Assembly (NCBI GenBank): GCA_963743215.1
Contig: CAVUOY010000009.1
Span: forward strand, 29,709-93,708
Origin: an uncultured Chloroflexia bacterium
GTDB lineage: Bacteria > Chloroflexota > Anaerolineae > Anaerolineales > UBA4823
Length of the DNA stretch: 64,000 nt
Reading direction: 5' to 3'
This document shows positions 10,925-20,959 of the stretch, one piece after another. The notes beneath the pieces are model-generated. The model was given only the letters and a program-made list of their open reading frames with translations, was not told the DNA's origin and searched no databases. The position numbers and the translations under genes are program-made. How positions within the stretch are numbered: the stretch's first letter is position 1; every line of letters begins with the position of its first letter.

Positions 10925-12102
10925 CGCTCAATAAATTGCACGCGCTTGTTGTAAATGTTCATCACGACTGCAGTCAGCAGGCTGATGGCGAGATAAGTCG
11001 CCATGATCAAAATGAACACTGGCACAGCTCGACCGGCCTGGTTAATGGTGACCTTGCCGATAGCAAACAGCTCCTGGTAACCAATTACTAGAGCCAAACT
11101 CGAGTTCTTGGTCAAATTCAAGTACTGGCTGATTAGAGGCGGGATGATGACCCGCATGGCTTGTGGGATGATGATTAATGACAAAATCTGAGAGTAACGC
11201 AGCCCCACAGCTCTGGCTGCTTCGATTTGTCCCTTCTGCACAGCCTGGATGCCTGACCGGAATACCTCCGCGATAAATGCGGCCGTATACATGGCTAGGC
11301 CGATCAGCAACGCCGTGAACTCAGTTGTCAAACGCAGACCACCCTGAAAGTTGAATCCCTTCAATACGGGGACGTCGAATTGTAGAGGTTTCCCACCTGA
11401 AACAAACCAGCCAATCAACGGAACTAGTACCAGTATCGCCAGACTTATCCTACCAAAATACGTCTCCTTGCCTTTCACCTCCCGAATACGGCGCAGCACC
11501 ACCCAGGTGATGATCGCCAGGATGATACCGGCTATCAAAAATGCTACGAATACAGTCCCCCCATCCCCTAAGTGTGGCCAGGTAAGGTAAAAGCCCCTTT
11601 GGTTGATGTATAGGAGTCCCGGCAGCATAATACTCTCTTTCACCGGCGGGAGCTGGGTAAAGACACCAAAGTACCACAGAAATAGTAAAACCAGCAGAGG
11701 AATGTTGCGATGAAATTCAATGAAAGCCAACCCGATGTGACTGATCATCCAGTTGGTGGAAAGCCGCATCAGACCGATGATAAAGCCCAGCACCGTGGCG
11801 AACAGGATGCCTGCTGCCGACACCACCAGGGTGTTGATCAGACCAACCAGGACGGCTCTTCCGAAGGACATGGTTGAGTCATAAGGGATGAATGATTCCT
11901 TAATTGGAAAACCCGCCGCTTCTTTCAAGAAGCCGTAATTCAACGCCATCCCTCTTTGCTGAGTGATCTCCAGGAAGTTGCCGATCATCCAATATAGGAA
12001 ACCAAAGACGATGAGTGAAGAGATGATTTGCGCGCCAATTTTGAGCACACGCTCATCTCTCCAGATGGAGATCTTTTTTGGACTATACTCGCTCGTTGCC
12101 AT
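10921..12102 (-). CDS. aapQ: amino acid ABC transporter permease
   Basis: GLINTL, RNIPLL, GFNFQGG, EAARAVGL and YLNLTKNSSL, typical of AapQ/BztB. Confidence 0.9.
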   Translation of the reverse strand: MATSEYSPKKISIWRDERVLKIGAQIISSLIVFGFLYWMIGNFLEITQQRGMALNYGFLKEAAGFPIKESFIPYDSTMSFGRAVLVGLINTLVVSAAGILFATVLGFIIGLMRLSTNWMISHIGLAFIEFHRNIPLLVLLFLWYFGVFTQLPPVKESIMLPGLLYINQRGFYLTWPHLGDGGTVFVAFLIAGIILAIITWVVLRRIREVKGKETYFGRISLAILVLVPLIGWFVSGGKPLQFDVPVLKGFNFQGGLRLTTEFTALLIGLAMYTAAFIAEVFRSGIQAVQKGQIEAARAVGLRYSQILSLIIIPQAMRVIIPPLISQYLNLTKNSSLALVIGYQELFAIGKVTINQAGRAVPVFILIMATYLAISLLTAVVMNIYNKRVQFIER

Positions 12103-12125
12103 CAATTGTTATTTTGATTACAGCA

Positions 12126-12165
12126 TTGGGTGTGCAATCGTTGTATGGATGGACTGCACACCCAA
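12126..12165 (-). promoter_or_regulatory. intercistronic stem-loop after the binding-protein gene
   Basis: TTGGGTGTGCA...TGCACACCCAA 11-bp inverted repeat, at the typical position for an mRNA-stabilising or attenuating hairpin. Confidence 0.6.
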
Positions 12166-12184
12166 AGTGATGTGCTTATCGTGA

Positions 12185-13357
12185 TTACTTGATCGGTGGC
12201 GCGTACATCAAGCCACCATTGGTCCATAGATTGTTCAAACCGCGGTCCAGCTGGAAGGCTATGCCATCCGCGCCGAAGTAACGGTCGTAGATCTCACCGT
12301 AGTTCCCTACTGCTGCAATCGCCTTGGCAATTGCATCAGGTGAGAGGCCAAGAGTTGTATAACCCCAGTCCGCTTCTCCTTCCACACCGAGAAGGGCGCG
12401 TATGTCTGAATTCTCGCTGGATTTCATTTGATCCACGTTATCTGAGGTGATCCCATACTCTTCACCATTGATCAATCCCCAGATCACCGTCTTGACGATA
12501 TCAAACCACTGATCATCGCCGGACGGCACAGCTGGTGTGAGCGGTTCCTTGGAGATGGTGATGGGCAGGATGACGTGGTCAGCCGGAGTTGTGAAACCAG
12601 CCCGGGCGGCTGCCAGCTGTGATTTATCGCTGGTGGCCACATCGCAGCGCCCTTCTACATAAGCGCTGTACACAGATGGGGTATCTTCAAACGGGACCGC
12701 CTCGTATTTCAGCCCCGCATCGCCGAAAGCTGTTGCCAGGTTTTTCTCTGTAGTTGTGCCAGTAGTCACACATACGGTAGCCCCGTCCATGTCTTGCAGG
12801 GTGGTGATCCCACTATCGGCACGCACCAGGAACCCTTGACCATCATAGAACGTGATCCAGGTGAAGTTGCCCCATTCTGCATCCCGCTTGGAAGTCCAGG
12901 TCATGTTGCGCGTCACCATATCGACCTCACCGGTCTGCAGCACTGGGCCACGGTCGGCTGCTGTGATCGGGACAGCCTCAATGGCATTCGGGTCACCCAA
13001 TACTGCCGCAGCCACAGCTCGGCAGAAGTCAATATCAAAGCCAACGTTGCGACCATCCGCGTCCAGGTATCCAAAGCCGAGCAATGAGGTGTGCACGCCG
13101 CACACCACTTTACCCCGTGCCTGTACAGCTTTCAACCTGTCTCCATAGCCAGCCTGTGTAATGATTTCTGGAGGTAGGGCGGTGCTTTGCACAGGCACTT
13201 CAACGATGACCGTCTGTTTGACTTCAATCGTTTCTGCAGGGGCGACTACACCACCACTGGTAGGAGCCGGTGCTTCAGTCGCTTTAGCTCCACAGGCGGT
13301 AGCCAGCAGGCTGATGGCGATTAAGATTCCCAATACAAAAAATAGTTTACGCGACAT
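12185..13357 (-). CDS. aapJ: amino acid ABC transporter substrate-binding lipoprotein
   Basis: Lipobox LATAC. GFDIDFCRAVAAA, FYDGQGF, ISKEPL, VGNYGEIY and GLMYAPP are typical of AapJ/BztA. Confidence 0.92.
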   Translation of the reverse strand: MSRKLFFVLGILIAISLLATACGAKATEAPAPTSGGVVAPAETIEVKQTVIVEVPVQSTALPPEIITQAGYGDRLKAVQARGKVVCGVHTSLLGFGYLDADGRNVGFDIDFCRAVAAAVLGDPNAIEAVPITAADRGPVLQTGEVDMVTRNMTWTSKRDAEWGNFTWITFYDGQGFLVRADSGITTLQDMDGATVCVTTGTTTEKNLATAFGDAGLKYEAVPFEDTPSVYSAYVEGRCDVATSDKSQLAAARAGFTTPADHVILPITISKEPLTPAVPSGDDQWFDIVKTVIWGLINGEEYGITSDNVDQMKSSENSDIRALLGVEGEADWGYTTLGLSPDAIAKAIAAVGNYGEIYDRYFGADGIAFQLDRGLNNLWTNGGLMYAPPIK

Positions 13358-13720
13358 GTATCTCTCCTCTTGTGTGTAATTAAATTTTTGCGAGCATGAA
13401 TCTTTCTCAGGGGTCGTGATTGGGATTGGTGCTGCACCTCCTCTCGGAACTTGCTATGATTGTTTATTCCGATGTTAGTTTTCTACGGCGCAAATGGATC
13501 CAACCAGGCTGATAATTTCTGACGACAAGGTTTTTTAGGACACACCCAGGGCTTACCCGGTACAGCAGTATTGGGGTGTATGGGAGTACGGACTGTACCA
13601 AGGGTAATTATAGAGAATATCCGCAGAATATACAAGGCTGGATTTAGTTTGCCGGTAAGTGTCGCCATGCTCCACCGGGGAGACTACCATGCTTCATCTC
13701 ATCCCGCTTATAATATCCCC

Positions 13721-14455
13721 ATGCTCATCAAAGAAATCCAGTCCAAGACCATCCTATCCACCTCCAAAGTCTACCCTTACGTCATAAACCCCTACGTTGG
13801 TTGCCAGCATAACTGCTCCTACTGTTATGCGCATTTTATGAAAAGGTTCACCGGTCATAAAGAACCCTGGGGTCAATTTGTGGATGTTAAGTTGAACGCC
13901 CCTGATCTATTAAAACGGGAAGTTACCCGCAAGAAAATCGACCGGGTCTGGATCAGTGGTGTATGTGACCCATACCAGCCGCTTGAGGGAAAATATAAGC
14001 TCACCCGCCAATGCCTTGAAATCCTGGCAGCGAATGGCTGGCCCGTGACCGTTCAAACCCGTTCACCATTAGTCCTGCGCGACCTGGAACTATTACGCAC
14101 AGGCAAGGATTTCGAGGTCGGCTTCAGCATTACCACCGTTGATGACGGCATCCGTAAATTATTCGAACCCAGCGCACCCCCCATCCGTGAAAGGCTTAGA
14201 GCCCTCGACGAATTGCATCAGGCCGGGATTCGCACGTATGCCATGATTGCGCCCATCCTCCCAGGGGCTGAGAGCCTCGCCGAAGCCCTGGCAGGCAAAG
14301 TAGACCATGTGCTGCTTGACCGGATGAACTATCACTATGCGGATTGGGTCTACCGGAAATACGGCCTCGAAGATAAGCTGACCGATGATTATTTTTCCAG
14401 CACAGAGCAGATTCTTACCTCCGCCTTTGCCAGGCTGGGGATAAGCTATCAATAA
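13721..14455 (+). CDS. radical SAM protein (SplB/Rv2578c-like)
   Basis: INPYVGCQHNCSYCYA (CxxxCxxC), DPYQPLE. ATG at 13721 lies 6 nt after TATAAT. Confidence 0.88.
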   Translation: MLIKEIQSKTILSTSKVYPYVINPYVGCQHNCSYCYAHFMKRFTGHKEPWGQFVDVKLNAPDLLKREVTRKKIDRVWISGVCDPYQPLEGKYKLTRQCLEILAANGWPVTVQTRSPLVLRDLELLRTGKDFEVGFSITTVDDGIRKLFEPSAPPIRERLRALDELHQAGIRTYAMIAPILPGAESLAEALAGKVDHVLLDRMNYHYADWVYRKYGLEDKLTDDYFSSTEQILTSAFARLGISYQ

Positions 14456-14538
14456 ATGTAAAAACAACCATGATAAAATGGTCACAGGGGAATATATTCG
14501 GGGGAGTTTAAACCATTCAGATTGGAGGACATTTACCT

Positions 14539-14919
14539 ATGGCGAAAGCACTCGGCGTAGGCGGAATCTTTTTCAAATCACCCGATCCTGACAAGCTCTG
14601 CCAGTGGTATTCACACTGGCTCGGTCTCTCGGTTGAATCGGAGTCTGGCTCATTTGTTTTGTTTTTCCCACGCAGCATGCCTCAAAATGGTTACACAGTT
14701 TGGAGCCCTTTTACGTCCACTACCACCTACTTTTCACCCTCCGATAACCAGTTTATGTTCAATTTGGTCGTGGATAACCTTCAGGAAGCTCTCAATCAGG
14801 TCGAGTCAGGCGGTGCCCAGCTGGTCGGCGATATCGAGAAGACCGCTTATGGCCAGTTTGGGTGGTTCATGGATCCCGACGGAAACAAGGTGGAATTGTG
14901 GCAGCCGCCTGATACTTAA
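14539..14919 (+). CDS. VOC/glyoxalase family protein
   Basis: GVGGIFFKS, YGQFGWFMDPDGNKVELWQP. GGAGG RBS. Confidence 0.9.
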   Translation: MAKALGVGGIFFKSPDPDKLCQWYSHWLGLSVESESGSFVLFFPRSMPQNGYTVWSPFTSTTTYFSPSDNQFMFNLVVDNLQEALNQVESGGAQLVGDIEKTAYGQFGWFMDPDGNKVELWQPPDT

Positions 14920-15136
14920 CGAGCAGTCAACCCTATAATTTCATCAAGAAGTATGAGGCACACTAAATATAAGCTGTATCATGGTCCCAATTAAACGATA
15001 TCCAGAGTGAGGCTAGTTGAGTCGGGCATGTTCAGCGGCTCAGCTCTGTCTGATGGGCGGTCTGCATTCAACATCCACTCCCAGCCATGGAATGCAGCTG
15101 ACAAAAAGTCATATTCTTACTCACAAGGAGGTAGCT

Positions 15137-16490
15137 ATGAGAAAGCTACTTGAAAACGCTGCACAACGTGCAATTTTATATCTCGAAAACCTGCAATCTA
15201 GAGCTGTTGCGCCTTCACCAGAATCCATTCTAAAGCTTTCCGTACTTGACGAGCCATTGCCGCAGGCGCCCCGCGCCTGAAATGGTATTAAATCAGCTAG
15301 ACAAGATCTGTTCCGCTGCCACGATGGCCATGGCAGGACCTCGTTTCTTCGGTTTTGTGATTGGCGGGTCACTGCCTGTCACTCTGGCTGCCAATTGGCT
15401 GGCAGGTGCATGGGATCAGAATACCGCTTATTACAACGCCACACCTGCCACGGCATACCTGGAACAAGTCACCCTGGGTTGGATCCTTGATCTTTTTCAT
15501 CTCCCACCCTCATGTGGGGCTGCGTTTGTCACCGGCGCAACCATGGCGAACTTCAGCGCTTTAGCCACTGCCCGTCATGCGGTCCTCAAAAACGCCGGTT
15601 GGAACGTTGAGGCTGATGGGTTATTTGGTGCCCCGCCTATTACGGTGATCGTTGGAGCAGAAGCCCATCCTTCACTGATAAAATCCCTGGGATTGTTGGG
15701 TCTTGGTCGAAACAGGGTCATCAAGGTGCCGACCGACTCACAGGGGCGATTGCGAGCTGATGCTCTGCCCCCCATTTCAGGTCCCACCATTGTTTGTACC
15801 CAGGCTGGCAATGTCAATACCGGAGCCTTTGATCCGATATCCGCTATTTGTGATCTTGCCCATCGCTCTGGCGCCTGGGTGCACGTGGATGGAGCCTTCG
15901 GCCTTTGGGCAATGGCTGTCCCATCCATGAACCCCATCACTACCGGGATAGATCAGGCCAATTCATGGGCGACAGATTTCCATAAATGGCTGAACGTCCC
16001 GTACGACAGTGGATTGGCATTAGTTTGTGATCCCGATGCGCTCCGTGCAGCCATGTCGGTCACTGCGGAATATCTTCCAACCTCCAGCCCTTTCCGCAAC
16101 CCCTCAGACTTTGCCCCTGAATTATCCCGCCGCGCACGAGGGGTAGAAGTGTGGGCTGCTCTACAATCCCTTGGAAGTATTGGGGTCGCGGAGCTGGTTG
16201 AGCGTAACTGCCGCCAGGCCAGGCGCTTTGCCGAAGGATTGCAATCGGCCGGGTATGAAGTACTTAACGAGGTAGTTCTCAACCAGGTGCTGGTGGCGTT
16301 CGGGGATGCCGATACAACCAACCGTGTCATTTCTGGGATCCAGTCAGACGGTACCTGTTGGTGTGGAGGCACGGTTTGGCATGGGCGCACAGCCATGCGC
16401 ATCAGCGTATCCTCTTGGGCTACCACCGACGATGATGTTGAGCAGTCCTTGGAAGCCATATTGCGAATTGCCAAACAGTATATTCATTAA
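15137..16490 (+). CDS. group II PLP-dependent decarboxylase (frameshift near 15270)
   Basis: AAGGAGG RBS before ATG at 15137. WVHVDGAFG, SWATDFHKWLNVPY (PLP lysine), ELSRRAR. The N-terminus is in a different frame. Confidence 0.88.
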
Positions 16491-16603
16491 TGGAGATGTT
16501 CGCCCGCGTTGCTTTCCACTGGCAAGATAGCTTCCATTTGGCTATAATTGACCCTGTGGGTCTCACCTGAAACATCAACCATACCTGACCCAAGGAGGAC
16601 CGG

Positions 16604-17086
16604 ATGAGTAACACCAATATAATGGATGCAATCAAAGTAGTCAAAGAGAACGAACGGATCGCCTCAGATACCTACGCGGCTGCCGCCCAAAAAATCAGCA
16701 ACCCCATGGGTAAACAGCTATTCACTCAGCTTAGTGCGTTTGAGCAATATCATTTCACCCTGGTCAGTGCCCTGGAAAAGTCATTGCTCGAAAAGGGCAG
16801 TTATATCACCTACGCGGGCAAAGACTTTCCCCTCCCACCGGTATTCGAGATAAAAGCTGCCCAGGAAGTTAATCGAAAAAGCGTCATGAACATTATTTCT
16901 GATGCCATTAACCTCGAGAAACAGGCCGAAAAGACCTATGCCGACCTGGCTGTCGAGGTATCTGACCCCGAAGGTCATGCCATGTTCGGCCGGCTCTCGG
17001 AGGAAGAGCACAACCATTATCGCATTCTCAACGAGGCCTACTGGACCCTGACCAACCTGGGTGTTTGGAAGTGGTCTCCGCCATGA
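16604..17086 (+). CDS. ferritin-like/rubrerythrin family protein
   Basis: Two E...ExxH repeats (FEQYH, EEHNH). Confidence 0.82.
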   Translation: MSNTNIMDAIKVVKENERIASDTYAAAAQKISNPMGKQLFTQLSAFEQYHFTLVSALEKSLLEKGSYITYAGKDFPLPPVFEIKAAQEVNRKSVMNIISDAINLEKQAEKTYADLAVEVSDPEGHAMFGRLSEEEHNHYRILNEAYWTLTNLGVWKWSPP

Positions 17087-17160
17087 TCGATTAAGCTGCT
17101 GGCTCTCAGCTGCTATGCTGGAGCAGTCGCACCTCGCATGAGAAAGAGGATGCTCTCCTT

Positions 17161-17544
17161 ATGAGCCCAATCCGCATGGAACGTGTGGAATCAGGCGTGC
17201 GCGTGGTCATCGCCTTTAACGACGCCTTCAACCGGCATGACGTCGCCGGGATGATGCAGCTGGTAAGCAATGACTGCGTCTTCGAAGAACCTCAGCCCCC
17301 TCCCGATGGCACCGTCTTCTCCGGAAAAAATGCCATCTCACAGTACTGGCAGTCGTTCTTCGCCCGAAGCCCCCAGGCGCACATCAAGATTGAGGAGACC
17401 TTTGGTTATGGCCTGCGCTGTGTCATGCGCTGGAGGTACGACTGGGTGGATGAATCCGGAAACTCCGGGCACGTGCGGGGTGTAGATCTCTTCCGGGTGC
17501 AGAACGGACTCATTATTGAAAAGCTTTCCTACATGAAAGGATAA
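17161..17544 (+). CDS. SnoaL-like/NTF2 family protein
   Basis: FNDAFNRHDV, VRGVDLFRV..GLIIEKLSY. Confidence 0.88.
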   Translation: MSPIRMERVESGVRVVIAFNDAFNRHDVAGMMQLVSNDCVFEEPQPPPDGTVFSGKNAISQYWQSFFARSPQAHIKIEETFGYGLRCVMRWRYDWVDESGNSGHVRGVDLFRVQNGLIIEKLSYMKG

Positions 17545-17551
17545 TTTTATT

Positions 17552-17812
17552 GTAGAGACGCCACAGTGTGGCGTCTTCCCCATTGGGACGTCTGGTGTGG
17601 TATGGATTTCTTTTGTAGAGACGCCATACCATGGCGTCTAAAAAGGTGTTAATTCTTTTGTAGAGACGCCCCGGTGGGCGTCTCCCTCGCTGGGGCGTCT
17701 GATGTGGTATGGATTTCTTTTGTAGAGACGCCATACCATGGCGTCTAAAAAGGTGGTAATTCTTTTGTGAGACGCCCCGGTGGGGCGTCTCCCTCGCTGG
17801 GGCGTCTCTACA
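17552..17812 (+). repeat. GTAG-type REP mosaic, cluster 1
   Basis: GTAGAGACGCC..GGCGTCT palindromes at 17552, 17615, 17660, 17722 and 17767. A and B units alternate with a 107-108-bp period. Confidence 0.9.
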
Positions 17813-17915
17813 ACTGCCTGAACTGGCGGTTGGTCGATGGTAGGGGGAAATCCCGCCGAATAATTGGCATAGTAACTGCATCTTTATAGAAAACCTTCAA
17901 AAAAGGGCACATTTA

Positions 17916-17959
17916 TTAATCTTTAACAGACTGGTTAGAGGACAGGCTCATGTTACTAT
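17916..17959 (+). promoter_or_regulatory. duplicated promoter-like element, copy 1
   Basis: TTAATCTTTAACAGACTG-n-TTAGAGGA-N11-TACTAT, with the same spacing at 18463-18506. Confidence 0.6.
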
Positions 17960-17965
17960 CACACT

Positions 17966-18126
17966 ACGCAGATAGCTCTATTGAGCCAGCAAGTTTTTTA
18001 CAGGTAAGTTCACCCAGTCCGACACGTACGCTAGCTGGGCCTAGCTGCTAGCGGGGACGTGGGATTGATGGTGGTCAGTTTGAGCATGCCCCGCCGAGAT
18101 GTCCCCTCCGGCGGGGCGGGTTTTTT
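17966..18126 (+). ncRNA. candidate ~160-nt structured small RNA
   Basis: Lies between a TACTAT -10 box and a terminator (GCCCCGCCG/CGGCGGGGC + T6). Contains a long four-helix hairpin at 18011-18073. Confidence 0.45.
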
Positions 18127-18352
18127 GTAGAGACGCCCCTCTGTGGCATCTCCCCCGCTGGGACGTCTGGTGTGGTATGGATTTTCTTTTGTAGAGACGC
18201 CATACCATGGCGTCTAAAAAGACAGTTTTCTTTTGTAGAGACGCCATACCATGGCGTCTAAAAAGATGGTTATTCTTTTGTAGAGACGTCCCATTGGTAC
18301 GTCTATCGCCGTCGGGTGTTTTTTTGTAGAGACGCTCCGTTGGGGCATCTCC
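18127..18352 (+). repeat. GTAG-type REP mosaic, cluster 2
   Basis: GTAGAGACG units at 18127, 18191, 18235, 18280 and 18326. Confidence 0.9.
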
Positions 18353-18462
18353 CCTGGTTCTGGGGGAAGGAGGGGGCTTCCCTATTGCCTTCTACCCTGC
18401 CTCTGCCATTAATTCTATGATTGTGGATATTCGCAGCAAAAACCCAAAAAACAGCAAGCTTT

Positions 18463-18506
18463 TTAATCTTTAACAGACTGTTTAGAGGAATGGTGCACGC
18501 TACTAT
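18463..18506 (+). promoter_or_regulatory. duplicated promoter-like element, copy 2
   Basis: 26 of 27 nt identical to 17916-17942, with TACTAT at the same distance. Confidence 0.6.
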
Positions 18507-18820
18507 GATAAAAGGGAAGGCATTTGAACTGAGACAAAAACAGCCTAAAGAATTGCCCTCATAAAAGCATCGCTCTCTGCACAAACATCATAGCCCAGCA
18601 GCTTTTTCGGGTATCTTCTGTTCTTAATCGGAAATTTGTTGAGTAGCACCGCCGAGTCACACCAGCCCAGATTCTTTTACAAATTGATGCAATTCGTGAA
18701 AACTCATCATCAACGCTCGCGCATTCTGCGGTTGCAGTTGGGAAGGGAGGCATATTTCCTATGGTCTTTCGATCAGTATCTCGGTGACAGGCAAAACCAC
18801 ATAGGGAAGGGGTAAAAAAC

Positions 18821-19498
18821 ATGAAATATAAAATAGTCACAATATTTATCTTTCTTGCAATTTTTATGATGATTCCGAAATTAGCTCTTGCTCAAGCGGT
18901 TGAACAACCCGAATCCACAAAGATAGAGATAGCTAACCTGTTCACCTGGTTATTCACCACCCCAACCGATTGGGGTCGTGGCGCGCTGATTGCTGGTATA
19001 GGCCTCGTCGGAGCCTTAGTCACGACCTTTTTCCTGGTCGGCGGCACCATTCCTGGAACTGCCGGACAAGTTCAGATCGACGCTGAGGCCGAAAGGCTTG
19101 ATCAATTCTATAAACGCATCGATGAGCTGACCAAAATAAATTCATTTGACCCTAAGACTGTCGGTGTGCTTTCGGATATGGTGGACAAGATGCGGGATGA
19201 CTTGCGCGGGGAGAGATGGCGCCAATTTTGGTTGGCAGCCGTTCTGTATGCTTTGCTCGGAGCATTTTTTGCCGCTATGCTGGCCCAGGATATCCTGCAG
19301 GCATTGGTCATCGGGGCCGGCTGGACGGGCTTTGTTGGCAATTTAGGTCTGAAGTCAGATTATAAAAAGCGATCATCAGAGAAGGATTCAGCCTTGGATA
19401 ATTTGCAGGCCATCGTGACAAGCCAGGCAAATGCTGGAGATATTGTGAATGGGGCGAGTGAAGCCCTGGAGCAGGCCAGTTATGCCAGAAAGTTGTAG
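18821..19498 (+). CDS. hypothetical membrane protein with signal peptide
   Basis: N-terminal hydrophobic signal ending ALA-Q and about three further hydrophobic segments. No family recognised. Confidence 0.75.
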   Translation: MKYKIVTIFIFLAIFMMIPKLALAQAVEQPESTKIEIANLFTWLFTTPTDWGRGALIAGIGLVGALVTTFFLVGGTIPGTAGQVQIDAEAERLDQFYKRIDELTKINSFDPKTVGVLSDMVDKMRDDLRGERWRQFWLAAVLYALLGAFFAAMLAQDILQALVIGAGWTGFVGNLGLKSDYKKRSSEKDSALDNLQAIVTSQANAGDIVNGASEALEQASYARKL

Positions 19499-19706
19499 CG
19501 TATACGCGTATATACAGGATCAAATCCCTCAATTCTTCAAGGTCCTACAAAGAGGAGCCATAACACGATGAGGATAAGACCAATAAGTGGCTGGACGTGA
19601 AAGAAAGGCAGGTGAGGACCATTGCGATATTTAGAGCGTAAAGGAACAAGAAAATATCACATTTGATAACAACTAAATCACCAAAGTTTTGCCAAGGGAG
19701 AGAACT

Positions 19707-20855
19707 ATGTTTACCAAAGATTTTAGTGCCAATGTGCCTTTGTACGGGCAGGAGCTATGTGTTTATTGTGGGGCGGCTAGCGGGCAGATGATCCGCAACG
19801 GCTATCCAAACCCAGCCGACCGCCTGTTCTTCACGCAGACGTACATCTGGAATACAATCCAGGTGAACAACAGCACACTGCCTGCCGACTCGGGGTGGGC
19901 CACTGACCCCCATGGTTTGAGGGCCTGCCTTCAGTCGCTCAGCAATCCCCCCGGAGTTCACTGGGCTGAGTTTGCAGGGACGAGCCGGGATGCGGTTCTA
20001 TTCGATTTGCTGTATTGGATGAATCGCCTCGAATATCCCGTTGCGGTGCTGATCAACCACGGCGGTCACTGGGTGGTGGTCGTGGGTTTCACCACTGATG
20101 TCGAGCCTGTATCAGGGAGCACTCCCACGCTTCAAAGCATCATCATTCATGACCCTGAACCGCATAACGTGGGCACTGACTCGACGATGACCGGCGCGCA
20201 GTGGTTTTCAGGTCCGTGGAATGGAGCCATCAGTTATGCTGGATCCTGGCTCAACAAATATGTGGCCATCGTGGAACCGCCAGTTGAGAAAGGGGTGGTG
20301 AAAGTGAAAAGAGTAAGGAGGACCGGTGAGCAGCTGCTTTCACCCGCCCAGGCGGTGGAGCACGCCAAACGATGGATCGCCGAGCTAAATCTTGCCGAGC
20401 AGAGCAAGTATAAGCTGCTGGGGCGTGACGATGTGCACAACTTGAAACCGCTGCTCGTGCGCGAGGAGATGCCCGGCGAGCAGGATAAGATTGTGCCTCA
20501 TTATTACATCGTGCCGTTCGGGATCAAGAGCGAGTATGGTGTACGTGAGGTGCGCATGGCACGCGTGTGCGTGCTGGTGAATGCGTTCACGGGTAATTTT
20601 GAGGAAGTGACCGCGTTTGGCAAGCCGATGCGCTACCTGGTGGAAGAAGAGGTGCTGGAGATCGTGGCAGAGGCAATGCACACGGAGCGGGAGAAACTGC
20701 GCGACGCCAGTCTCACGCTGATGTTCCAGCCTTCAGACATCACGCATGTACGCACATGGCCTTTCTGGCAGGTGAAAATCGGCGAGCGCACCATCTACGT
20801 AGACCAGCTGGGCAAGCTGTACGGCAAACTGCTGCCGAGCATTCCGGGAGATTAA
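19707..20855 (+). CDS. C39-like/papain-fold cysteine peptidase domain protein
   Basis: Q..(VY)CGAAS, GHWVVVVG and IHDP give a Cys-His-Asp triad order. GGGAGAG RBS. Confidence 0.7.
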   Translation: MFTKDFSANVPLYGQELCVYCGAASGQMIRNGYPNPADRLFFTQTYIWNTIQVNNSTLPADSGWATDPHGLRACLQSLSNPPGVHWAEFAGTSRDAVLFDLLYWMNRLEYPVAVLINHGGHWVVVVGFTTDVEPVSGSTPTLQSIIIHDPEPHNVGTDSTMTGAQWFSGPWNGAISYAGSWLNKYVAIVEPPVEKGVVKVKRVRRTGEQLLSPAQAVEHAKRWIAELNLAEQSKYKLLGRDDVHNLKPLLVREEMPGEQDKIVPHYYIVPFGIKSEYGVREVRMARVCVLVNAFTGNFEEVTAFGKPMRYLVEEEVLEIVAEAMHTEREKLRDASLTLMFQPSDITHVRTWPFWQVKIGERTIYVDQLGKLYGKLLPSIPGD

Positions 20856-20959
20856 TTCACAACCAGGCTGACGGTTGGTGCTGATAACAACCATTAAACG
20901 CAGGGTGGCGGCAACCCGCACCCTGCGTTCAGCCCTCGAACACCCCGTCGCTGTTTTTT

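Noticed and set aside
13571..13720. N-terminal extension of the radical SAM ORF
   Set aside because: It has no family-like sequence. The TATAAT 6 nt before ATG 13721 supports the shorter start.
17552..18352. CRISPR array
   Set aside because: The intervening sequences are themselves repeated, unit lengths alternate, the palindrome cores vary and no cas genes are present. The pattern fits REP mosaics.
17513..18584. Short ORFs with repeated MASLQK/WRLYKR peptides, also at 20.7-21.3 kb and 22.6-23.2 kb
   Set aside because: They are translations of REP DNA repeats.
18510..18820. Riboswitch (c-di-GMP-I or cobalamin) in the long leader, suggested by GGCAAAACC and GGGAAGG
   Set aside because: The GNRA-loop/GACGCAAA and B12-box elements are not present in the right order. 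An Rfam scan would settle it.
19501..19512. Perfect palindrome TATACGCGTATA after the membrane protein gene
   Set aside because: It is a single 12-bp palindrome with no second copy or associated regulator, so it could be chance.
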